From: Podarcis filfolensis
Lineage: Eukaryota
DNA: 64,000 nucleotides
Direction: 5' to 3' (one strand)
Assembly (NCBI GenBank): GCA_964270895.1
Contig: OZ185435.1
Shown: piece after piece, positions 40,343-53,105 of the stretch
How the letters are laid out: each line of letters begins with the position of its first letter
Numbering within the stretch: position 1 is the first letter of the stretch
Translations under genes and position numbers: made by a program
Notes under the pieces: generated by a model
Databases searched by the model: none
What the model saw: only the letters and a program-made list of their open reading frames with translations
What the model was told of the DNA's origin: nothing

Positions 40343-41697
40343 CATGTTGAAACTAACGAACCTAAATTAGTTAGGACCATTAACGTCAATGGGTCTGCTC
40401 TGAATAGGAGAAGCATTGGATATAACCCTGAATGCAAAAGTGAGCCTCAAATTTGACATACCTTCTCCCAAATTTCTGTGATGAACCAGGGTTCAAAGTA
40501 TGTTTGTGCATAAAGAACAAGGCCTTGCTTTTATGATCTGCCTGCACCTCTTCCACAATGGACAAATTGTGTGACCAGAAGCTTCAGGTTCACTGTATAC
40601 AAACTACTGTGGGAAAAATATCGGAGTTAAAGCCCCTAACCCAGGGTATTCAGCTTGAATTCAAATAAGTAAGATTCTTCATCATAACTACCTGCCAGGG
40701 TGCAGCATGAACCAAGCCTAAGAAATAAAGGCTATTTGAATTGCACCTTGCTTTTAAATAGGTTGTGTAAAAGTGCATCCCATGCAAGCAGCTCTTATTT
40801 TGTGCAAAGCATTACCAAAGCGAAACCATGACCAGAGGCAGAATGAACACAGTGCAGTAGTAAGTCACAATGTGTTCCATGTTGCTTATTTCCAGCATCT
40901 GTAGGACTGTAATATTAGATCACTTTTCTTACTTTCTTTGCTTTCTTAATGTTAAGATAACCTGCACGCTATAGTCAAAGTTCTGCAAGTGACATTCCTG
41001 AGTATGCTTGTATTAGAAACAGAAAAGATGAAATGAAGGAAATACTAACACATCTTCTTTAGAAATAACCAGCACAAAGAGTAGGATACTGAGTTTCTTT
41101 CAATAGATTTTAAAAGCATTAAACATTTTTAATTGTATGAGCCCATACATTCTCCTGTCTGCATTAACTGCCAAGTTCCTTTATTACATTAAATTGCAAC
41201 ATTAATTGAAAAATATTTTACTCCTAATTTTCCATCTGAATATTCTCATTTATATCTGTGTCTTCTCCTAATAAGAGTATACACTAGAAAATTACCTTGT
41301 AATTGTCAGATAGAAACTTATTAGAACAGAGTGGAATTGAATTTGTTGGGGGGAGGAAAATAATGAAGAATAGGTTCAAAGAATCAATCTTCACAGACTA
41401 TTTTAAGTGAATCTCGCTGATTGCACTCTGTTATTAGTGATTTGTGAGATACAGCGGAAACATGATATAAATATTTACTCACAGTGCCAAAGAGACTGGA
41501 GTATTTTTGAGAATAAGGAAGGAACTCTGAAATAAACATGAAAGGCTGTATCAATATGTATTCCTAGGAAAAAGAATGACCAGGTGAGGGAGTATATTTA
41601 CTAAAGGGAAGCTGTCTTGTTTATATCATCCAGAGAATGCCCTAAATGTATCTGATACCCTGTAAAAGTGTCCTACTGGTTTCTTGATATACCTCAC

Positions 41698-41876
41698 CTG
41701 ATTCTTAGGATCCAGTTTTGGACATGGACGTCCTCCATTGTAAGGCTTCTCCTTAAGCCACTTGGACCGGATTTTCACTCCTGTTCCACAAGACGAACTG
41801 CAAGGGGCCCAACTAGACCAGTCACTTAATTTGCAATCAAATGGACAAGGTACCATACAAGGCTGTTCAACATAAC
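41698..41876 (-). CDS. THSD7B: THSD7B internal coding exon (179 nt, phase 1-0), TSR domain
   Basis: Acceptor ttttattttag|GT and donor CAG|gtgagg. It encodes (G)YVEQPCMVPCPFDCKLSDWSSWAPCSSSCGTGVKIRSKWLKEKPYNGGRPCPKLDPKNQ. The ending KLDxKNQ matches THSD7B rather than THSD7A (KLDHVNQ). Confidence 0.95.
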
Positions 41877-42083
41877 CTAAAATAAAAATGTAGGAAAGAC
41901 AGAACAGTGAAAATTATCTTAACACTGAGATATTTATCTAATTAATAGTCTGAAGGTCATCTGTCTTGGAATGGTGTATTTGGAAAGTTACATGGGAACT
42001 AGGAGGGTTGGGCATTTCAAACAAGTGATTGTTGCTTAGGAGTCCTATATTTCTGTCAACTCATTGGTTCTTCACATTGGTCT

Positions 42084-42235
42084 GGTCCGTACATAACACT
42101 AAACTATGGTTTAAATAAACCTTAAATTGATAAACTATGGTTTCACATTATGTGCATACTAGGCCTACTGATTTGTTAGCAAAAATAAGCCGTAGCTTAC
42201 TGACCTTAACTATGATTTAGCATTACGTTTGAACC
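42084..42235. mobile_element. Old palindromic MITE-like element
   Basis: 28-bp terminal arms (ggtccgtacataacactaaactatggtt and aactatgatttagcattacgtttgaacc) are inverted with 19/28 identity. The mismatches are mostly transitions. Confidence 0.5.
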
Positions 42236-43598
42236 TGGTAAGTTTTTAAAATCACAGTTTAAGTGTGGTTTATTTGTTTGTCCTTCAATTCTGAGATGCT
42301 AGAGATCAGTGACTGAAAAGTTGAACTACTCTCCATGCTCAACTGCTACCACTAGACATGTCACTGAAGATGACACCACTGCTAAGTCTGTCTGGAGACA
42401 GGTACCTTTCCCCACCGTGACTTGCCTTCCTTACACAGCCAGGGCACAGAGTGGAGATGAACATCTGGAGGAAAGTTAAAGAGGCTGTTCTCCACGAGGA
42501 CTAGCTTTCACTTTAGTTAGTTTTAAAATAAAATAAAAGTTTAAAAGCCTGTTGTTAACATTTTACAAGTCATGCCTGTGTACGTGAGCATGGGGCTCCT
42601 AAAAATGTTTTAAGAGCAAGACAAATACCTCCACTGAACAGCCAACTTGATAAGTTATTTAAGGATTTATTATAAGCAGCCATTTGAGGGATTCTCTCCT
42701 CCCTGCCGTGGCTTCAAAGCACCATTTCTGTTGTCTTCACTACTTCCCTCCCCTATCCATATTACATCACAATCCAGTGCATGTTTACTCTGAAGTAAAT
42801 TCCATTAAGCTTAGTGGGCCTTGTGGCCAGGCTGAATTCTAAGCATGCCAGAAAGCCCCAAAGCTGAATTCTAAACAGTAGAAGGGGAGGGAGAGTTCAA
42901 ATCATATTGGAAGCCCCAGCACACGAAAGACAGATAGGAGATGGGGTGAGATAGGTGGTGATGTGATGTTAGCTGGAGCAGCAGCACCTCTACAATAATT
43001 TCCCTTGGGACATTCCCTAAACCTATATATATGCACACACACTGTAGTCCAACCCTTCATCTCTTTCCCTCAGGAGACAAGTGTCAAGTTGTGGGGCACA
43101 GAATCTTGCCTGTGAAAGAAAACGAGTCTCTCCCCTCTCCATGTTTTTGTTTTTTGCAGTTTGCAATGAAGTTAGATTGTGACTCCCTCCTCCCCAAGAT
43201 ACATTCACATAGCAAGCCTTCATGAAGAAGGGGGGGTGTGATGTGGGTGTATAAAACGGGGAAGAAATTATGTTACAGTACAATGTTAAGAGTGATTGGA
43301 GGATAAAGATGAGCAGTGGAAGGAAAGGTTCAAGAAACGCCAAGATCTTGTAGCAACAGCCAGCTGTTGACAAGAGCTGGCACAGAATGCCAGGAAGATT
43401 TCCATACCCTTGATTTTGCAGCTAGTCAATGGGAAGGAGATATGGTGATGCAGTGCCAGTGGTAGGATACTGCAAAGGTTTTCATGAAATATGAAAAAGG
43501 CAGGAAGTAGACAGGGGGAAAACAAGCCAAACTCTCACAAAACAAGCCAGAATGTTTTTGATCGTCTGTGAAATGACCTGTGGTTTAAGTGTGGTTTT

Positions 43599-43602
<4 letters not shown>

Positions 43603-43641
<39 letters not shown>
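43603..43641. repeat. (TAA)13 microsatellite
   Basis: Read directly from the sequence. Confidence 0.95.
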
Positions 43642-43642
<1 letters not shown>

Positions 43643-43780
43643 CCTGGTTTAATTTTGGCTTGATGCCTGAACCAGCTCACTGAATGACTATTGCTAACAA
43701 CAATTAGAGGAGGCCTACGCGGTATGCAAGCATGGCAAAGGGACAAACCCCTTCTCACAATAAAAGCTGATAGTTTAGCC

Positions 43781-43894
43781 CAGCTTTCCCAACTGACATT
43801 TTGGATTACAACTCCCATCATCATCAGCCAGCATAGGCATTGGCTAGGAATGTAGTCTAAAGCATCTGGAGAGTATCTAGGTTTGGTAAGGCTG
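43781..43894. mobile_element. Degraded hAT MITE with intact TSD
   Basis: Termini CAGCTTTCCCAAC...GTTTGGTAAGGCTG, core ttggattacaactcccatcatc, and a perfect TSD GTTTAGCC at 43773-43780 and 43895-43902. Confidence 0.8.
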
Positions 43895-44129
43895 GTTTAG
43901 CCTGCATTGACACAGCTGAGGTTATAATAAGAGGTGAAAAGGGAACCCAAAGAAACGCTTTTAAAATTCAGTGTATTATTGCAATAAAGTCTTGCACTGA
44001 AAGGAACTGCGATCAGCTTCAAGATAAATTCCAGACTGGGTTATTGGGCCAATTAAATGGGCCAATGAAGCTTGATGTATAAGTTTAAAGTGATGCTCAC
44101 TGGGGTAAGAAAAATAAAATACAAAACCC

Positions 44130-44308
44130 GAACTTCCAGAATCAGAGGCAATAAGTCTCAGAATACCAGTTGCTGTAGAATCACAGCAGAAGAGGGTTAT
44201 TGACCTTATGTCATGCCAGTAGGCTTTCCATAGGCCACTGTGAGAAACAGAATGCTGGACTAGATGGGGCTTTGGTGTGATCCTGCTGGACTCTTCTTGT
44301 GTCCTTAA
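44130..44308 (+). mobile_element. CR1-type 3' end fragment
   Basis: cagaataccagttgctg...ggccactgtgagaaacagaatgctggactagatggg...ctcttcttgtgtccttaag. Confidence 0.55.
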
Positions 44309-45821
44309 GTGAGAACCTTTCAACTTTGGTAAGAATCATCCCCATGCTGAAATTTAAGATTTCTGTTTCATCTGGTTATCCTGCTGATGAGACAAGCTTC
44401 TTTCTAGCTCATGACAAAAAGAAAAAGGAAAGTTCCAGGAAAATCCTGACTAACACTGTGCTCATTGTAGGACCACCTGCAAGTAAACTGTTTTCAATCA
44501 CTGAATCACCATTTTAAAAATATGCTTGAAATCACTTGCTATTTCTCTTGCTGCCAAGACCTGCTTGATTGCCTCGGCTTTATCACTTGATCTGGACGCT
44601 GCAACAATTCTGTCTCATGTCACCACTCAAGTTCTTGAGTGCCCCCAATCTCTCAAAATTAAGGGCGGAACCCACAAGCTTCCAAGGTCAACTGAACTAG
44701 ATTCATCTCCAAATGACAAAATTGATCACACGGCTCTATTAAATCGAATGTAAGAGGCTGAGATCCAGGCTTAAGCTATAAAACCATTTGGCAGTATGAT
44801 TTGTTGGCTTTTGCATTAAAATTGCTTATAGCAAAGCCAACTTTTCTTATCACAGAACTATATTAGTAAAATACCCACAGCCAGTTGAAACTGCCTGAAT
44901 AGCTAAGCTGCAATGAAATCAATTTTGCAGACAAGGGTAAAAACAATAAATACAAAGATTAGTAGTATCGTTTCCTTTCCTCTTTTTTTGTTTCAAATCT
45001 GCATTTTGTTAACCTTTTGCACTGCAGTTTGACAACAGACTGATAGCTTTAACATTTTTTCCATAATAGCTCTTTATTGCAGCTCTTCCCCTAAGCTGTA
45101 TAATGGTTTAATTTAAAATGTACACTAATTTGGTTTGTTACTTTGCAGACAAATGCTTCATCATAGCCACTTACGTCTCCAAATCCATTTAGATTAGGCA
45201 GTATCACTGCTCTCTATTATTTATCAGCAGTTCCCTTACACCCACCATCAGTAGATTCAATCGGATTTCATGTGCACTTTGTGATTATGCATTATAAATA
45301 ACAGAAGGTCAAAAAAAATCTTGTGTGATTGTCTGCTTTTCAGCTTTCACTGAAGAAAAGTAAGTTAGAATAAATTAAAAGGAAAAAAAAAGTTTGTTAG
45401 GGCCAGCCCTACCATTAGGCAAACTAAGACAGCTGCCTCAGGTGGTAGGTGCTTGGGGGAAGACAGTGCCTGGTGCGCCATGCAGCCTACATTGCTCTGA
45501 GCTAGCTTTCTGCCCTCAGGTGTAGTGGAGGGACCTGTTGTATCACTGGTGTTCGAAGTAAGAGTCAACTTCCAGTCTACATAGAAATGCACCATCTTAT
45601 CCTTCCCCTCAGGGAGCAACATGTCTTGAGTTAGCAATGGAGCTCTTTATATAAACTCTGGTGCAATATGATTCTTTGGTTTCTTACTGTTTGTGAGCCT
45701 GGATAATAGTGGACTTTCCATAGAAATGTAAAATGCCTTGTCTAGGCAGATTAATGGAGGCAAAATCAATTAAGCTTCAGGAAGGATTTAGAAGCTTAGG
45801 GTCTTATGGACAACCTACATA

Positions 45822-46047
45822 CAGTGGTACCTCTGGTTACATACTTAATTCATTTTGGAGGTCCGTTCTTAACCTGAAACTGTTCTTAACCTGAAGCACC
45901 ACTTTAGCTAATGGGGCCTCCTGCTGCCGCTGCGCCACCGGAGCACAATTTCTATTCTTATCCTGAAGCAAAGTTCTTAACCTGAAGCACTATTTCTGGA
46001 TTAGCGGAGTCTGTAACCTGAAGCGTATGTAACCCAAGGTACCACTG
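45822..46047. mobile_element. Tc1/mariner (Tigger/pogo-like) MITE, second family
   Basis: TIR CAGTGGTACCT..GGTTACATAC / GTATGTAACCCAAGGTACCACTG, TA on both sides (45820-21 and 46048-49), and three internal gttcttaacctgaa repeats. Confidence 0.9.
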
Positions 46048-48309
46048 TATTGGACAATATGAGAGTTGAGCCAAAAAATTTCAGAAGACAATTTCTGGGA
46101 ATGTTTGAGCTTTTTGTTTTCATCCCCCCAGTATAAGGCCACTTTGCAGAATTTTCTTTATACACTCTCTACCATTTGGGGAGGGGGGCAAGTTGGCAGC
46201 TGCCATTTTCTACCACAAAGCTCTGGAGCAGTGCTAGGTCCTGGGTATTGTGGACAGTGCCAACGGTGATCGCCTGCCCAGGGACTGGCCAACTCAGACC
46301 TGCTTAACTCCAAAGGGGCTGCATCATGTACCATCAGACTATGTTCTTGGGACCCTTACTGCCATTTTTAAAAAATAAAATTGCCTATGTCCTTTAGTGA
46401 TGGCATTTGTATGCTGCCCCATAACTGGAAGAGGGCTTTTATCTCTGTAAGTTAAGTAACTATGAAATGTAACTATTTGGATGGTTTCTAGTGCTTCAGT
46501 CTGTTCAACTGCAACAGCATTTAGCAAACACACTCCATAATATTAGTAGCTCTGTTTGCACCAACTACTTATAATGCAGCAAAGCTAATGTTGGTTCAGG
46601 GTCCACAGTGAATAATTGTGTTGATTATTTTTTTTGGGGGGGGGGATAGATTTCATAGTTAAGTACTCTCAACCACACACATGTTTTGCAGGAAATAAGG
46701 TTACTCCCCCCCCCCAATTCCTATCTAGGCTTGCATGTTACTCTGTCATCAGTTACTGTGTAGGAATACATCTGTTATCAGCAGATGCACCTAGGCCCTC
46801 TCTACTTAAAGAGTACAAGTATGTATTGAAAAATCTGAAGAGATTTAGCAGATTTTTTTACATTGCCTTTTATTGATTTTTAGCTGTATTTTATTGTATT
46901 TACATGATTGTTGTTAGCACTGTTGGGTAGAAAGGTAGAGTACAAATTTAGTGGGTGCAAGGAGGGAAAGAAACAACAAGAATGGGGTGAGACTATGTAC
47001 ATAGGACCCAAACTGAGTCTGTGGTTTTGTGTTTGCATATGAGAGAGGACTGGTTGGGTGCATAGGGTTGTCTCCAACACTATTTTGCCCAGAGTCTTTA
47101 TTAGCTGCTTTTTAAAAGCATTAGCTGCTCAAGTTTATTAAGTAAATGTCTTGTTCAGTATATGAGTAGATAGTTTTCCTACCCATCAGTGCTTTCATTG
47201 GACTGTGAAGCCCAAGGCAGAAGAGCAATCAAATACATTGAAAACAAGCACAAACATTTATACTGAACACAGTGAGGGGCTGATGAGTGGTGCAATAGTG
47301 CACATGCACACATTATTTCTCCTTTTCAGATACATAAGCCAAAAATAAAGTAAAATCTATGGTTTCAGGCCTAAGAAAAAGATTGAGAAAAACAGCTTTC
47401 TGTAGTCAAAGGTGGACTTCTAAGAATGTAATGAATAAAGGTATACAATCTGCATTTTATAGAAACCAGTGGCATTTCTGGAACTGTTTCTTGGCTCATC
47501 TTAACTTTGCTTGGTGCATTATATTTGCACAGAATATATGAATCTTAATGCAACTGTGTGAAGGTAGGAGATGGTTTAGGAAACAAAACCTTCTATGCAG
47601 GCTGCTTTTGAAGCAGATGCACGTCAAATCTAATTAGTTTTAATCTCATTTGCATCTACTCCTAACATATTTCACCATTTTAATTAACAAACTATTAACA
47701 GCTGTAGTACTTGGAAAGAAAGCCTAAAGGTGCCTCACAGAATTCAAGGTCTTTTGACTGGATTTCTTGTGTCACTCCAGGTGTCAGTGACAATGACAAG
47801 GATGATTTCCCTGGAAGCAGACCAAATAAAAACACTGTTCTCTTGAAACAAAACATGAAAGGTGTATAACAATGGAGGCTAGAAAACCCCACCAGATTCA
47901 TTGGTTTTGCATATGCAAATAATATTTATGTTAATAGGCAACAGAGGCCTTCTGCCCTCAGGACACCAGGGCATGGTTGCAATACAAGAGCTATGGCTAT
48001 GTGCCAGAATTGTATGAAATTCCCTCTGTCTCAGTGCTTTTCATTTGAACAACATCGTGAGACCTGGAATAGCCTTTCTCCAACACGTTATCAAGGCATA
48101 CATGCAGGATCACTTCTTTTTTCTATCTTGCACTTAGCTTATTGTGATGTGGGAGAAATGCTTGAAGTATAAATAAATAATCAGCACTGATCAATTAACT
48201 GATGACACTCTAAAACAGCATTGCACATATGTCAAGTGTATTGACAGTTCTAGTTGACAGTGATAGGACAAATACAGCAGCATCTTCTGTGACGTGGTGA
48301 ATTGGGATT

Positions 48310-48333
48310 AGGGGTCCCTTTACCTTTACCTTT
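48310..48333 (+). mobile_element. 24-bp 3' terminus of a Sauria SINE/BovB-type element
   Basis: aggggtccctttacctttaccttt matches the 3' end of the copy at 51945-52028. Confidence 0.55.
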
Positions 48334-49949
48334 TTATCAGCAAGATTCCCATACCTCACAGTGGCAAAGAGGCAATTTGCTAACCACTGAAAGGATCCTT
48401 TTTTGAGTGCTGGATTTAGAGGAAGTGCACGACAGGCTCTGCATCCTTCTGGCCAAAGTGTCACTGAATACTAACCCCAGATTCCCAATGACACTAGACA
48501 CTTTGTATCTGTGACATAATGATGGAGGCAAAGACAAAAGGTGAGCTGCATGCCTGGCTGCTGCAGCCACAGAGGACTGCCTGGCTCTCAGTTCCTCTCC
48601 CGGCCAGTCACAAAGTGGCTGGAAGGGAGTGGGCGAAGGTTGACCTGGAATGGCTGGTAGGCATACGCTTGCTCATTAGGTGGGGTGGTCCACTCATTAA
48701 GTATACAAGGGTAGGCCTTCCAAAGGCACAGGCATTGTGTTTCTTGCCTATTCAGACCTACCTAGCATTTCACACAGTGCTAACTAAGTCTTAAGCTACT
48801 ATTGTGACTGCTATGGACCCAGATTAGCTCCTGCTTGTCAAGGTAAGGAAGGAATCTTAATGAGGATATAACTGGTCAACTCATTCCTGGGTTGTTGTTT
48901 TTACCTTTTCCATACTAATTCTGTTTGGTATGTATGTATACTTATTCTGTTGCATTTGTAGGGCTGTTTATTTATTTGTCACAACTGTTTGACGCACCTT
49001 ACAACTGGTGCCAGGGCATCTGGCAAGTTCCTTAGTCACATGGGATGGGTCCCCTTAAGGGACTGTGAGGGAAAGGGCCTGGGCCAGCACACCTCAGTGG
49101 ACAGCGCTATTGCTATGCCCCTGGGTGAAAAATCCTGGAAACAGCACAAGCTGTCAGCAGTTGTAGCCTCTGCCTATGTTCTCAGTGTATGCTTCATGCA
49201 CCTGTACTTAAGCTACAGTTTCCAAGGTTAAAAGGGATGAAGCTTGTATTTTGAGGACGTGACCTTGAGGAGGCCTGCATTTCACTGTTTCAGTTCTAAG
49301 CAATGTCCCAAGAAATGGATAATAGCTTTAAACCAGAATTACCCAGAGAGCTTGTTTCCAAGCACAAGTCTTCATTCTCTCTGTGTGATGCAGCTGTGTT
49401 TAGACACGTATCAACAATGCCAGTTATTTCAGTGGCTCAGCAGAGGCCAATTTGTGACATTTTCATTCTGCAGGAGGCAAATTCCCACAATTACAGCAAA
49501 AGAAGGAAAGATCTAGAGAAGGGTCCAGAGCAGGGGGAAGGGGGGTACTGCCGGTGTTAATTAAGGTTAATCCTCAAGCAAACAAGCAAGTCGAGAATTT
49601 TCTTGGTAAACTTCCTTTTTCTTTTCAAAGTCTCAGTTGGGACTTTGGACCAACTGTGTTCCTTTATATCTAGACTGACACGTTTCCACCTGCACCTATC
49701 TATGGATTGCTTTAACAATGTGATTTGTAACAGCTCAAACAGCTGCTCTGCAGATGTGTGTTCGAGGCAGCTGCATCCCATTGACTGCAACAGCAGTTTG
49801 CAGGTATGACAAAATGATTGCCATTTCAGGACCTGACACTAACAGGTGGTTATCTCACAGCTTTTTAGGGAAGAATATGCAATTCCAAAATCAAAACCCA
49901 TGTGGCCAAGCTACATGTGTCCAAAAGCCCCGTTTGCATCCTGAAGAGA

Positions 49950-50140
49950 ATGCAACCCGCATCTGCGTGTTTGCACATCGCAATTCGCCGCTTCTGCACA
50001 TGCGTGTGACGTCATTTTGAGTGTCTGTGCATGTGCGAGTGGCGAAACCCGGAAGTAAAGCATTCTGTTACTTCCGGGTCGCCGCGGAGCACAACCTGAA
50101 AACGCTCAAACTGAAGCAACTTTAACCCGAGGTATGACTG
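49950..50140. mobile_element. Tigger-like MITE, third family (left end degraded)
   Basis: Right terminus AACCCGAGGTATGACTG|TA (reverse complement CAGTCATACCTCGGGTT, Tigger-like). The interior is CpG-rich and includes an inverted acccggaagtaa/ttacttccgggt pair. Confidence 0.7.
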
Positions 50141-50143
50141 TAC

Positions 50144-50323
50144 CAGTGGCGTAGCGTGGGGGGTGCAGGGGGGGCGGGCCGCACCGGGCGCAACATCTGG
50201 GGTTAGGGCAAATCCATGGGTTAGGGGGCGCAAATCCACGGGTTAGGGAGCGCAAATGCACGGGTTAGGGGGCGCAAATTACTTGCCTTGCCCCGGGTGC
50301 TGACAACACACGCTACGCCACTG
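50144..50323. mobile_element. hAT MITE with internal TTAGGG-containing tandem units
   Basis: 15-bp perfect TIR CAGTGGCGTAGCGTG, perfect TSD GACTGTAC (50136-50143 and 50324-50331), and four gggttaggg(ggc)gcaaat units. Confidence 0.92.
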
Positions 50324-51944
50324 GACTGTACATATTTAATTTTGATAATGGTGCTGATTTGAGGTGGAATGTAAGGAGAAACTCTTTAGTTAGCTCCTAA
50401 GAGCCCAGATGAAAGTCTGCACAACTTGCAATCTGCCAAGTTGAAAACAGACAGCTAAGGGCTCGATAACACCCCACCCACATGTTGCTGTCTGCTTAGG
50501 ACTGCAAACCCAGGTGGACTGTCAAGTTTCTGAGAGGCACAGTACACGGCTAGTGGGGTACATTTGAGGTGGTCCAGCGTGTGGGCAACTGTATTTTATT
50601 CAAGAGCACCCAAGTTCAAAAACTTCACTTCAGCTAAAGACTCGCCATCTCTCAGACTCATGTCTCTATTTGTCAACCAAAAAATAGCCATGGTGAAATT
50701 GTGACAAAGAAGGAGATGGTGAGTGACATAGCACTCTGCACATTGAGACAGTTGCAGCATATATGATTATTGTATAAAGCAGTATTTTCAAGTGTATAAA
50801 GGCTAAATAATAATTTCACAAGCAATGCTGCTTTTTATTTATTTTTAATTTGGTTTTTCAATGAGGTATACTAACAAGAAATCAAAATACGCCGTAATTG
50901 CCAAAGAGTTTTTACCTGATTAAGATTGTTGCCCAAAGGCAAGGAAAGAATGGGGAAACCCTCCCTGTTAATGAAATAGTTCGCTTGTGCTGCCTTTACT
51001 GATAAAAAGTTTGAGAAGGCAAAATCTGGAAAGGTGTGCAATGACTCATAAGAAGCTGCCTTCCCTGAATTTACTGTCAGCGCTAGAATGAAACTGTTAT
51101 ACTCCAATGAACTCCTCCATTACAGAATATTTTCATATTGTCTGCTCCTGTTTGGTTTCCCTCCTTGGATTCTCATTACAACCAAATTGATCGGCACAAC
51201 ACCAGCTCTGCTAACAACCCTTTCTCCCCACTGGGGATAGTGGGAGGCAGCGCATGACAAAGCCCAAAATGAGAAAAGCAGAGCAAACTGGAATATGTGC
51301 AGAGTATACGGAAGGAAATGACCAAAACAAAAAGAGTGACAGAAAGTGACAGCAGGCAAAGGGAAGAGCTAAAGCAAAACGCAGCAGCTTGATGGGAGAA
51401 TAAACTCTTTAGCAGGATATGGTAACAAATAGTCTGTATCTCCAGCTCATGTTTGCAGGCAAAAAACTACTAGTCCTTTGGCCTGCGTTCAATGTTCTGC
51501 TGTACTGACTCCCACCCTTCCTTAATTCTTCTGCTTCTTTCTCTTTCCATAAATCCTGCCACCTCTGCGCTGTTATTTTTAGGTCATACCTATTGGGTGG
51601 GATGCCACACTCAATACCATTGTTTCTCTATAACGAAGTAATTAGAAGACAATTAACCAGCTGTCAGATCTGCAGGGGGAGAGAGATATACTGGCTACCA
51701 TCAAGGGCTTGGCTGCTTCCACTTGTTTTATCCCAGCTTTCAGCTCAAGGAGAATTCAAAACGAAGCTGTAAGGCATAGGAGGAGGGCTGCCATTAAACT
51801 ATGTGAAAGGGTGTCATCTCACCCTTAGCCCTGCCAAAGGAAGGGAACTAATTCAGAATGCCCCCTAGAGTGCAGGGGCAGCATGGTGTGTAAGATTGCC
51901 ACAGGGGACAGGTGGGGCAGGCAACCTTAATGAGATGTGGGTTG

Positions 51945-52028
51945 CCATTAAAGCGAGATGAGCACCGCAACCCCAGAGTCGTCCATGACTGGACCTAATA
52001 GTCAGGGGTCCCTTTACCCTTTACCTTT
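51945..52028 (+). mobile_element. 5'-truncated Sauria SINE
   Basis: aaagcgagatgagcaccgcaaccccagagtcgtccatgactggacctaatagtcaggggtccctttaccctttaccttt. Its reverse complement matches 37525-37598 at 71/74 positions. Confidence 0.88.
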
Positions 52029-52763
52029 ATTGCAGTTTGTTTATGCTTTGTTGATTATAATTGCCTTGGACACAATTTCCTTTGTAGAAAGGCAGCATAT
52101 AAATTAAAGTTTCTAATCTACAAACCATGGTAATAGCAGTCTACAACTGAAGACTGACACTACACATATAGTGCAGTGAGGCCGTTCAAGTGCAATCCCT
52201 GATATGTCTTATACATTCCAAATGAATTACGTAACGCATTCTTGTGCATTTTTACAGAATTGTCAGCTCCATTGAACCCTGACTAAATGTGTATAGCCTT
52301 GCAGACTTCAGTTTAAAAATACATTTCCACACCTTGGGTTTAGGTGGGGAAAGGGTTCTGTAAATTTGCAGTAGGAACTGATTGTGAACATTGGTACTTA
52401 GCTAGCACTTGTGACATCTCCCCACAAATTATAAAAACAACAACTGTGCAACATTTTAAAATTGGCTCTTTTCTTTTTAAACTTAAGGAAATGATAGATG
52501 TTATGAATGGATAAGCATTGATATGGCACCTCGACAAACAAATAAAAAGGCAGCTCATCTGAAAAAGGCTGAGAGAGGAGTACGACCAATGACTAAACCA
52601 ACATTTGATTTGCTGGCTCACAGCAAATCCAAAAGAAAGCCATACAGACCTCACAGTCAAAGAACAGGATCAAACAGTGCTATCCAAACTCCAGCAATGG
52701 AGTGCAGATGGTAGGGCTGAGACTTCAGTGCAAGCCTACACTGCTTACCCTCCACAGGAGCAC

Positions 52764-52801
<38 letters not shown>

Positions 52802-53105
52802 TAATCTATTTATACCCCGCCCATCTGGCTGGGCTTCCCCAGCCACTCTGGGCGGCTTCCAACAAAATATTAAAATACAGTAATCTGTCAAACATTAAAA
52901 GCTTCCCTAAACAGGGTTGCCTTCAGATGTCTTCTAAAAGTCTGGTAGTTGTTAATTTCTTTGACATCTGGTGGGAGGGCATTCCACAGGGTGGGTGCCA
53001 CTACCGAGAAGGCCCTCTGCCTGGTTCCCTGTAGCTCTGCTTCTCGCAGTGAGGGAACCGCCAGAAGGCCCTCAGCACTGGACCTCAGTGTCGGGGTAGA
53101 ACGAT
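52764..53105 (-). mobile_element. L2 LINE 3' end with (TTA)12 tail
   Basis: The minus strand encodes QGTRQRAFSVVAPTLWNALPPDVK, the L2 C-terminal motif. A 3' UTR and (TAA)12 at 52764-52799 follow. Confidence 0.85.

Larger units (their letters stand above)
1..41697 (-). other. THSD7B: Probable single large intron of THSD7B (runs off the window start)
   Basis: It follows the GT donor at 41697-41696. I saw no Cys/Trp-rich TSR reading frame matching the expected next exon (roughly VxExVPCxSxCNQYxW) on the minus strand. A manual scan can miss short exons. Confidence 0.65.
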
